From: Waddliaceae bacterium
GTDB lineage: Bacteria; Chlamydiota; Chlamydiia; Chlamydiales; JABHNK01
NCBI GenBank assembly: GCA_018694295.1
Contig: JABHNK010000053.1
Span: 833 to 64,832 of the forward strand
Direction of reading: 5' to 3'
DNA: 64,000 bases
Under the pieces are notes generated by a model. That model was not told the origin of the DNA. It worked only from the letters and a program-made list of their open reading frames with translations, and searched no databases. Made by a program: the position numbers and the translations under genes. Below are positions 18,325 to 26,505 of the stretch, piece after piece (within the stretch, counting starts at the first letter, position 1; each line of letters begins with the position of its first letter).

Positions 18325-21300
18325 ATGAAATGGTTTATTTCTCTATTGTTCTTCTGTAATTGTTATGCTGCTGACCCCAATACAATTCTCGACAATGTCA
18401 ACATCTCCACTGGCTCCATTAACTACAAACAAACGGATCTCGTTGTCGATGCTATCGAACCCTTGATCATCGAACATTCATATCAAGGCACTGAAAAAGC
18501 TGATGTCTTCTTCCCCCACCTTAAAGCAAAGATAGGATTAAGCTCGAATAACATAGAATTTTTCGCTTGTGAACCTAGCGGTCTTGCCCTTTATTATCTA
18601 TGGAATCGCTCAGCATCGTTTGATTGCTGTCCACAAAATATCCCAGGCTTAACAAACACTTCAGAAAATAATCTTTCAGCACGGAATAATCCTCTCAATA
18701 ATTGCGCTACTTTTAATCCTGGTGGCCATTCAGTGCGCGTTACTTTGCCTGACGGAGGATTCCGAGCATATCGCCTAAACTCAGATTCCTGCACTGAGAG
18801 AGACCTTCATTTAACGATGGAAGTATTGCCAAACGGCAATCAGCGGCACTATGAATATGATGGACAGAGGCGTCTCGCCCGCGTTAGCACAAAAAACTGT
18901 TCGGGAGCGATAGAATATGCATGGGCGAAATTTTCGTATGATGGTGACGACGTCGTTGTCGATACTAGCGACGGTCAGCAAGCCACCTATCACTTTATAA
19001 AACACAAACACAAAGTTTTTTTAGATACCGTTTCTATCCCAGAACGGCCGAAAATACAGATATCTTATCACGAAGGTAAAGAAAGCCTTTTACCTCAAGA
19101 AATCTCTGTTGATGGTCAGCCTGTCTTTCATGTCGATTACAACCCCGGAGAAACACGCATTTCGTCGATGGAGCTTTTCATCGAAAAAGACAAACCCTCT
19201 GTACCATTCCGCACTTTCTCCTATCAAGATGGCAAGACCGAAAGTCGTGACGCTGCGGGGATGCTCACAACACACCATTTCGACAAAGATTCTCGCCTTG
19301 CTAAGGTCGATAATTATAAAGAAAACGACGAGCTTTTTTCTAGCCAGCATTTAACGTGGGAAGGCGCTAATCTTAAAGAAAAGGCGCTTTTTTCTGCCTC
19401 CGGGGATTGTATTTTCTCTCGTGAGTTTTCCTATGACGATCTTGGTAATGTTACCGAAGACATCTTTCATGACGATTCCTTAGATACCACATACAGCAAA
19501 AGTTTTTCTTATTCTTCCGATGGCAGAAACATGCTTCTCAAAGAAACCGAAGACTCCGGGCTTATATCAACTTTCGAATATCTTCAAGGAACCGATCTGA
19601 TTTCAAAGAAACTTATCGCCGGCCCCGAAGGCACCTTCCAGCGCTATTTTTTTGTATATGACGACAACAATCTATGCGTCGCTGAAATCTCCGACGACGG
19701 CGATGCCAAAGGCATCGATGATTTTAGTGGCGTCTCCGAGCGTAAAATATGTAGAATTTCCCGCTCGGAAGAAAACTTTCTACCCATAACCATCCAAGAA
19801 CTGTATTGGGATGGCAAAGAAATTCCTTTGTCGACGCGGAAAATTTCTTACAACACCGAAAATAAAGTTGTCCGTGAAGATGTTTACGATAGCGATGGCA
19901 TATTTTTATATTCACTCCATACGGATTATGACTCTCGAGGAAACATATCCAGGAAAACAGATCCGCTAGGGCGTGAGAGCTTATATGAATATGATGACTT
20001 TGGACGCTTGATCTTCGAACAAAAAGCAGGAAAACCATTTTCAAGACGCTACTACTACGATCTCGCTGGAAGGTGTATCTTCTCCGAAGAATATGATATG
20101 GAAGGAGACAGACGTGCGGTGTCGACGCATTACGACACTCAAGGGCGTCCGATTTCTATTACTGACGAACATGGTAATATAACAGAAAACACCTATGATG
20201 CTTTCGGTAATTGTATTGAAACAAGAGCCCCTGACATCCTTGATGAAAATGGAAACATATATTCTCCAGTCCTTAAAAATGCTTTCGACGAGCAGGGTAA
20301 CGCCATAAAGTTATATGGCGCTGATAACAGTGTTGTCGAGACGAGTTTCAATGCCCTCGGTGGCCCTATAACAATAAACCATCCTGATGGCACCGTCACC
20401 AGAAACACCTATCTTCCTAATGGTTTGCGAGAAAAAACTATTACTGACGATGGCTTGGAAACACGTTTTACCTATGATATCCTTCAACATGTTATCGCAC
20501 AAGAAACCTTCTCTCCCGAAGGCATTTGTCTTGTTCGTGAAAGCTGGGAATACAATACTTTTCACATGCTGTCGCATACAGACATCGAAGGACAAAAAAC
20601 AGTATACTCCTATGACCGTGCAGGAAGGAAGACAGCAGAACAGTGTGGAGATCATCGCTTACAATTCTCTTATGATTCCAGAGGATATCTACTGTCGACT
20701 TTTGATGTTTCTAGCGGAATAACGCATACACAGAGTACCGACTTGGCAGGAAGAAAGACCGAAGAATGGATAGAGCAGCCTAATGGCAACGTCGAAGACC
20801 ATACGATATTTCATAACACATATTATGATAAAATCTTCCGTGTCGTTCGTGGCGACGCTGTCGACGAAGTCGAATATGATGGACGCGGAAGGAAAGTCTT
20901 ACATATCGACCCTCTTGGCGCTAAAACAACGACCTCATACGAAGACAACTACTGCAACGGTTTGGGACAAAACGTTCTGCGTACGACAACGACGATGCCT
21001 AATGGTATGAGCCTCGTTGAAACCTATGACACCCTGTCTCGCGTAATAAAGATAGAAAAGAAAGACCTCGAAAAACAGGTTCTTCACAAAGAAGAGCTTT
21101 TTTACGACCGTTCTAGTAATATGGCTATGTCTGTCGTCACGATTTTCAAGGATGATGCGCCGCCTAGGACAATTTCTACGTGCTTTGTCTATGATAGTAT
21201 GCATAGGCTTATTTCTAAAACAGAGGCAGACCAAAGGACGACGTCATATTCTTATGATTCTATAGGGCGTGAAATCTTACGTAAGAAGCCTGACGGCGTA

Positions 21301-23436
21301 GAGATTATGTCTTCATACGACTATCTTGGTAGGGTGACGGAACTACGTTCGTCTGATGGTTCGGTACAATATCGTTATTCCTATGACGAAGGCATGCAGC
21401 CGACGCGTATAGAAGATATTGTTGCAGGAACAACGCATCATTGTTCTTACGACAAAGAGGGAAATCTCATCTTCGAAGCAAACGGATGCGGTCTTGTCCT
21501 TCAGTGGACGTACGATGCTGTGGGGCGTCCATTATCGCTAAAACTTCCCGACGATACCCTCATAGAGTATTCTTATGAAGGCTCTCATCTGTCGGAGGTC
21601 TCACGGCCGACATATTCCCACAGATATCTTTCTTTCAACGAACATGGCCACATCGCCGAAGAGCAGCTTATCGGTGATATGGGCGCTAAGAGCACTTCAT
21701 ATGACATTCTTGACCGCCCGTTCTTACAACGCTCGTCATCTCATGAAATTTCACAGACATTCAACCTCAACGGTGAAATCGAAACGGTTACTTCTTCGTT
21801 GATAGGTTTCAAGGACTATGAACACAACCTTCTTTCGTTTCTTGTTAAGGAAGACGAAGAAGAGTATCAATACGATTCTATTGGGAACCCTGCGGAGATC
21901 CCTGTCGACGACCTCAACCAGCTTCAGAGGGAGGATCTTTCCTATGATTTGAACGGGAACCTCCTTACGAGAGAAGACCTGTCTTTCAGCTACGACGCTT
22001 TAGACCGCCTTGCCACGATAGCAGGTCCTAATGATACCATAACATATACTTACGACCCTTTTGGTCGTATGCAGTCTAAGACAACGAGCGAAGGGGTGAT
22101 ATATTTCATCTGCGATCACGATTCGGAGATCGGCGCTGTCGATGCAGAAGGCACTATCATACAACTTCGCGTCCTTGGTGATGGCATTAACAGTGAAAGT
22201 GGTGCTGCTGTTGCTCTTGAGCTTCGTGGAGAGGTTTATGTTCCAGTCCATGATCTTAGAGGAAACTTAATCGCTCTGTCCTCTCTCGATGAAAAAGATG
22301 TAGTGCAGACGTATGATATGAATGCTTATGGGCAATGTGATATATCCGACCCACTGTCGCCGTGGCGTTTTTCTTCCAAACGCCATGAAGAGGGAGGCCT
22401 AGTTTGTTTCAGACATCGTTTCTATGATACTACTCTAAAGCGCTGGCTTACTCCAGACCCTGCAGGGAATATTGATGGCTCAAACCGCTATGGTTATGTC
22501 CTCAGCAATCCCGTCAACCGCCTCGACCAGTGGGGGCTTTATGAAACTCCTATTTGTATTGAATCTCCATATGTTGGAGCCGCAAGCTTCCGAGTCACTT
22601 TTTCATTCGATATGAGCTCTATGATGAATGCAGGTACATTTGAAGAGCAGGTTAGTTCTTTAGGCCTTGTTATGCAACATCTCATAGTCAACAATGATGA
22701 TGTACACTACCTGCGTAGCAGCGCTACAGAAATTGCTCAAGCAAAGTCATATGAACTACAAAAGTTTTTCTCTGCGGCCTTGGAATTCTCAAATGAAGGC
22801 GAGATTCTCTTGACGTCTTTAACCAACGGTATTGGTAATAAACCACACGATTTTACATCATCGATTAAAAGTGTAAATAATATTTTTCATAACGACGTGT
22901 TCATGATGGGGCTCTTCAACGCAACAGAAGGTCTTAAAACGGATCTAAACAGGGTGTTCGTTGAAGGTCAGGGATATGATACTCCGATAGTCATTATGAT
23001 GAGAACGGAAATTCTTTTTAATGCACGTCTGTGTGAGAGAGTGGGAGATAACACCTATTTTTTAAAAATCCTCCACAGCGAAGCAGGCTTGATATACTGC
23101 AATGCTTTTAATGGGATGACTCTCGAACAGCAAAATCTTGTCAAAAAACATGCTTTGGTTGCTGCTTTTGGCCCTGCCGAGCCAGTTCCCAGATCTTCCG
23201 CTTATGAAGCGATAAACATATATTCTGAGAAAGACAATATTACAGGGGGCGCCGGTAGAAACAAAGATCCTAATGACTATGATATTCGTTTCGTTGAATG
23301 TATTTCATCGTGGTCTGAACATAATTTGCTTGGCTATGCAGATCATGCGTATCTTGGGTCGACATATCAAGAAGCTACTAGTGATATGATAAAACATTTT
23401 GATGCTAAATATAAGTTTTATCGCTATAATAAATAA
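18325..23436 (+). CDS. Rhs/YD-repeat polymorphic toxin with Sec signal peptide and novel C-terminal domain
   Basis: 1703 aa. Signal peptide MKWFISLLFFCNCYA. Dozens of YD repeats (YDDLGN, YDSRGN, YDDFGR, YDTQGR, YDPFGR and others). Core terminus RYGYVLSNPVNRLDQWGL at about aa 1405, then a 298-aa tail. Confidence 0.9.
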   Translation: MKWFISLLFFCNCYAADPNTILDNVNISTGSINYKQTDLVVDAIEPLIIEHSYQGTEKADVFFPHLKAKIGLSSNNIEFFACEPSGLALYYLWNRSASFDCCPQNIPGLTNTSENNLSARNNPLNNCATFNPGGHSVRVTLPDGGFRAYRLNSDSCTERDLHLTMEVLPNGNQRHYEYDGQRRLARVSTKNCSGAIEYAWAKFSYDGDDVVVDTSDGQQATYHFIKHKHKVFLDTVSIPERPKIQISYHEGKESLLPQEISVDGQPVFHVDYNPGETRISSMELFIEKDKPSVPFRTFSYQDGKTESRDAAGMLTTHHFDKDSRLAKVDNYKENDELFSSQHLTWEGANLKEKALFSASGDCIFSREFSYDDLGNVTEDIFHDDSLDTTYSKSFSYSSDGRNMLLKETEDSGLISTFEYLQGTDLISKKLIAGPEGTFQRYFFVYDDNNLCVAEISDDGDAKGIDDFSGVSERKICRISRSEENFLPITIQELYWDGKEIPLSTRKISYNTENKVVREDVYDSDGIFLYSLHTDYDSRGNISRKTDPLGRESLYEYDDFGRLIFEQKAGKPFSRRYYYDLAGRCIFSEEYDMEGDRRAVSTHYDTQGRPISITDEHGNITENTYDAFGNCIETRAPDILDENGNIYSPVLKNAFDEQGNAIKLYGADNSVVETSFNALGGPITINHPDGTVTRNTYLPNGLREKTITDDGLETRFTYDILQHVIAQETFSPEGICLVRESWEYNTFHMLSHTDIEGQKTVYSYDRAGRKTAEQCGDHRLQFSYDSRGYLLSTFDVSSGITHTQSTDLAGRKTEEWIEQPNGNVEDHTIFHNTYYDKIFRVVRGDAVDEVEYDGRGRKVLHIDPLGAKTTTSYEDNYCNGLGQNVLRTTTTMPNGMSLVETYDTLSRVIKIEKKDLEKQVLHKEELFYDRSSNMAMSVVTIFKDDAPPRTISTCFVYDSMHRLISKTEADQRTTSYSYDSIGREILRKKPDGVEIMSSYDYLGRVTELRSSDGSVQYRYSYDEGMQPTRIEDIVAGTTHHCSYDKEGNLIFEANGCGLVLQWTYDAVGRPLSLKLPDDTLIEYSYEGSHLSEVSRPTYSHRYLSFNEHGHIAEEQLIGDMGAKSTSYDILDRPFLQRSSSHEISQTFNLNGEIETVTSSLIGFKDYEHNLLSFLVKEDEEEYQYDSIGNPAEIPVDDLNQLQREDLSYDLNGNLLTREDLSFSYDALDRLATIAGPNDTITYTYDPFGRMQSKTTSEGVIYFICDHDSEIGAVDAEGTIIQLRVLGDGINSESGAAVALELRGEVYVPVHDLRGNLIALSSLDEKDVVQTYDMNAYGQCDISDPLSPWRFSSKRHEEGGLVCFRHRFYDTTLKRWLTPDPAGNIDGSNRYGYVLSNPVNRLDQWGLYETPICIESPYVGAASFRVTFSFDMSSMMNAGTFEEQVSSLGLVMQHLIVNNDDVHYLRSSATEIAQAKSYELQKFFSAALEFSNEGEILLTSLTNGIGNKPHDFTSSIKSVNNIFHNDVFMMGLFNATEGLKTDLNRVFVEGQGYDTPIVIMMRTEILFNARLCERVGDNTYFLKILHSEAGLIYCNAFNGMTLEQQNLVKKHALVAAFGPAEPVPRSSAYEAINIYSEKDNITGGAGRNKDPNDYDIRFVECISSWSEHNLLGYADHAYLGSTYQEATSDMIKHFDAKYKFYRYNK

Positions 23437-23449
23437 AAAAGGTTTTTCT

Positions 23450-24088
23450 ATGAAATATTTACTGCTTTCCTTATGTTGTTCTTTATTATTTTTAACGCTC
23501 TATGCGAGTGATAATTCCTATTTTGGTCGTGATCCCGAGCATTATAAAGAAGGTAATAAGCTCATCAACGAGATGTTTAGAGAGTATGCAGAGCGTGTAT
23601 GCAAGCAATATGATTTGAAGTGCGAAGGCGACATGGGGGGCTTCCCGGGGCAGATTCAATCTCTCGGCGGAGTATTTGGCGTCAAGCGGCTACTTGCTGT
23701 GGATGAATTGCGCATTCTCATCCTTAAACTTCTTGCAGACTTTCAAGATACTATAAACAGAAATGAAAAAATCAGACCATTTCTCGCAGAATATCCATTT
23801 GCTGCCGATCGCATCACTATTATGCTAAGAATTTACGATGGAAATAAAAGACCGTCACCTGATGAAATTTCTCTTGCTTTTTCATCTCGAGATCATATTT
23901 CATATTGCTATTCTGATCCAAAGAAATCTATTTTCGAGGATAAAAAAATCCAAGAACCATTCGAAGAGGCATGTGAAAAGGCTGGCATCGATGTTGCGAC
24001 GATATCCCCGATATATTCATTATATGATGATACAGGCCGCTTTCTTAAAACGGAAAAAAATGATAACCCCACTACCAAAAAGAAATAA
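23450..24088 (+). CDS. secreted paralogue 1 (candidate Rhs immunity protein)
   Basis: 212 aa. MKYLLLSLCCSLLFLTLYA signal peptide. 13 nt after the rhs stop. Paralogous to the next two ORFs. Confidence 0.7.
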   Translation: MKYLLLSLCCSLLFLTLYASDNSYFGRDPEHYKEGNKLINEMFREYAERVCKQYDLKCEGDMGGFPGQIQSLGGVFGVKRLLAVDELRILILKLLADFQDTINRNEKIRPFLAEYPFAADRITIMLRIYDGNKRPSPDEISLAFSSRDHISYCYSDPKKSIFEDKKIQEPFEEACEKAGIDVATISPIYSLYDDTGRFLKTEKNDNPTTKKK

Positions 24089-24097
24089 GACGAAATC

Positions 24098-24736
24098 ATG
24101 AAATATTTACTGTTGTTCCTGTGTTTATTCTTTTCGTCCCATATGCTTTATGCAAACGATGAATATTATCATTTTCGCACACCAGATAATCGTCAGGAGA
24201 GCGATAAAGTTATCAACGAAATTTATGAGGAATGTGTAGAACGCCTATGCGAAAAATATCATTTACTGTATCTAGCAGACCTATATCACTTTCCTGAAAA
24301 AATAGACTTCTTAGGCGGGGCATTCGGCATGAAGCGCATGATTTCCGTTGATGAATTGCGGCCTCTTGTACTAGCGTTACTTGCAGATTTTCAAGAGGCG
24401 ATAAACAACAACGAAAAAATCAGGCCGCTCCTCGTTGAATATCCATTTCCAGCGGATCGTATCACTATTATGATAGGTCTTTGTGACGGGGACAAACTAC
24501 CTCCTCATGATGAAGTTTCCAATGCTACTTCAGAGAAGGGTTTTCTTTGCTACAGGTTTAGCGATTTAATCAAAATAGTTCAAGGGAAGGAAGAAATCAA
24601 AGAATCCCTTGAAGAGGCGTGTGAAAAGGCTGGTATAGACCCTGCGACCATATCTCCGATATATTCGCTATATGATGATACAGGCCGCTTTCTCAAAAGT
24701 GAAAAAAACGACAATCCCACTACCCAAAAGGAATAA
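24098..24736 (+). CDS. secreted paralogue 2 (candidate Rhs immunity protein)
   Basis: 212 aa, colinear with paralogue 1. The shared C-terminus is EEACEKAGID.ATISPIYSLYDDTGRFLK.EKNDNPTT. Confidence 0.7.
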   Translation: MKYLLLFLCLFFSSHMLYANDEYYHFRTPDNRQESDKVINEIYEECVERLCEKYHLLYLADLYHFPEKIDFLGGAFGMKRMISVDELRPLVLALLADFQEAINNNEKIRPLLVEYPFPADRITIMIGLCDGDKLPPHDEVSNATSEKGFLCYRFSDLIKIVQGKEEIKESLEEACEKAGIDPATISPIYSLYDDTGRFLKSEKNDNPTTQKE

Positions 24737-24745
24737 GGTGAACTT

Positions 24746-25462
24746 ATGAAATATTTACTGTTATGTCTACCACTTTTATTTTCAACGCTCTATGCCGATA
24801 AATATGCTGATTATGAAGCCTTTAGTAAGAAGGGTGATGCCGCTATGAAGGAAATCGAGGAAGCGTTTGCCAGAGCAGATGGTGATATTGAAGCTTTTTG
24901 TAAGGAGGGCATAGGGGCTATGGATGAGATGCACAAAGAGTTTGAAGAAATAGAAGAGAGAGCAAAAGCTTATTACAAAGATGCCGACATAGATATTAAT
25001 GAATTCTACAAAAAATTTACAGAGCATGTTTATAAAAAATATGAAATGAAATCCGAGAGCAATATAGAAGAATATTTTAAAGAAACGGGCAAGCTTGGCT
25101 CATACTTTAGAACGAACCGCCTATTTACAGTAGAGGAATTGAGGATGCTTATTCTCAATCTTATTGCAGATTTTAAAGATGCTAATGAAGCGTTCAAACA
25201 ATATCCTGGGAAACCCACATATTTTGCGGAGTTTATTTCTTTTCTCATAATCTTTAACGATGATGAGAATGCTTCTCGTTATGATTGTGTTCCATTAGTT
25301 TTTCTGTGCAACGGCAATATCATGTACTTTGATTTAGAAGAAGATGACGAAATAAAAAGTGAAGAATTTCTTGAAGAGGCTTGTGAAAAAGCGAATATTG
25401 ATGTTGCGACGATCTTTCCTATATCTCCGCAAGATGTTGTTTTGCCAGAGCCATTAAAATGA
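24746..25462 (+). CDS. secreted paralogue 3 (divergent, with acidic coiled-coil insertion)
   Basis: 238 aa with the same signal peptide start. Shares the VEELR.LILNLIADF and EEACEKANIDVATI blocks. Confidence 0.65.
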   Translation: MKYLLLCLPLLFSTLYADKYADYEAFSKKGDAAMKEIEEAFARADGDIEAFCKEGIGAMDEMHKEFEEIEERAKAYYKDADIDINEFYKKFTEHVYKKYEMKSESNIEEYFKETGKLGSYFRTNRLFTVEELRMLILNLIADFKDANEAFKQYPGKPTYFAEFISFLIIFNDDENASRYDCVPLVFLCNGNIMYFDLEEDDEIKSEEFLEEACEKANIDVATIFPISPQDVVLPEPLK

Positions 25463-25465
25463 TAT

Positions 25466-25644
25466 GGTCAGGCCGAACATTCAGACATTCGGGGAGCTGA
25501 TAATCCAGACACGACAGTATCCCTGTTCGTCATTGCCTGCCACAGGCAATGGCGAGAAGCGTGTTCGCTGCGCGCTCTGCGCAGTGGGCACTCTCTGTGT
25601 AACTCTGTGTCTCTCCGCTCCCTCTGTGGTAAAAATCCTATTCC
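25466..25644 (-). repeat. A-family repeat, copy A4 (inverted)
   Basis: Reverse complement of the A core (..GCGCTCTGCGCAGTGGGCACTCTC..GTGGTAAAAATCCTATTCC). Begins 3 nt after the paralogue 3 stop. Confidence 0.85.
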
Positions 25645-25664
25645 CGTGGTAAAGCCATACTCTT

Positions 25665-26306
25665 CTATCGCAAATCGCAGGGCTGGCCCATTTCATCATA
25701 AGCTTCAATATCGCCGGTTTCAAGATCGAAATACCACGCATGTATTGAGAGCGTTTTTGCTGCAACACGCTCGGCAATCCAAGGGAAGGTTTTGAGGTTT
25801 TTTAACGACAACAGCAACGATTCCTTTTCGCAATGGCGTGCCTGTTCTTCTATAGAGTCGTTGGGATATTGTTCTACAACATGTTCTTTGGCAGGCTTGG
25901 CGATATCCATCCATGTATCGATAAAGCTTGAGGGGTCTTTATCATCGGGAGCTTCGAACAAAGAACGTATTCCTCCGCAATGGCTATGTCCCAAAATAAT
26001 GATATCGCTTATCTTTAAAACCTTCACACCGTATTCCAAGGCAGCACTGGTGCCATGATGATGGAGATCGCTTTCGAATGGAGGAATCAAGTTGGCGATA
26101 TTACGTACGACGAAGATATCGCCAGGATCACATTCTGTTAAAATAGCGGGATCAACGCGCGAATCGCAACACGCTACAATCAAAACCTTGGGGTTCTGTC
26201 CCTCATGGAATAAGTTTTCAGATAGAGGCTTCTCTTCGAAGTTTTTTTTGCGAAAACGCTCATATCCTTCGATAAGCGGTGTTATAGCAGAATCATTATC
26301 AGACAT
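25665..26306 (-). CDS. beta-class carbonic anhydrase
   Basis: Zinc ligand motifs CCDSRV and HSHCGG. Confidence 0.9.
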   Translation of the reverse strand: MSDNDSAITPLIEGYERFRKKNFEEKPLSENLFHEGQNPKVLIVACCDSRVDPAILTECDPGDIFVVRNIANLIPPFESDLHHHGTSAALEYGVKVLKISDIIILGHSHCGGIRSLFEAPDDKDPSSFIDTWMDIAKPAKEHVVEQYPNDSIEEQARHCEKESLLLSLKNLKTFPWIAERVAAKTLSIHAWYFDLETGDIEAYDEMGQPCDLR

Positions 26307-26332
26307 AGCGCTCTCCTAATTGTTATTGTAAT

Positions 26333-26505
26333 GGGCAAGGCCGAACATTCGGGGAGCTGATAACCCAGACACGACAGTATCCCTGTTCATTATTGTCTGC
26401 CACAGACAATGATGAGAAGCGTGTTCGCTGCGCGCTCTGCGCAGTGGGCACTCTCCGTGAAAACTCTGTGATCTCTGTGTCCTCTGTGGTAAAAAATCCT
26501 ACTCC
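26333..26505 (-). repeat. A-family repeat, copy A5 (inverted)
   Basis: Near-identical to A4. Its terminal AATCCTACTCC contains the ftsK stop codon (CTA at 26499..26501). Confidence 0.85.

Noticed and set aside
25481-25795. ORFs 25464..25652, 25481..25777 and 25607..25795 between paralogue 3 and the carbonic anhydrase gene
   Set aside because: They read through A-family repeat A4 and the 3' end of the carbonic anhydrase gene. The same pseudo-peptides (SLPATGN..KRVRCALCAVG) recur wherever the repeat occurs, for example 17433..17654.
15177-26505. Classical mobile element or genomic island with integrase or transposase
   Set aside because: No recombinase, transposase, conjugation or phage ORF is present anywhere in the window, and no tRNA-adjacent direct repeats bound the block. 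I report it only as a repeat-partitioned accessory region.
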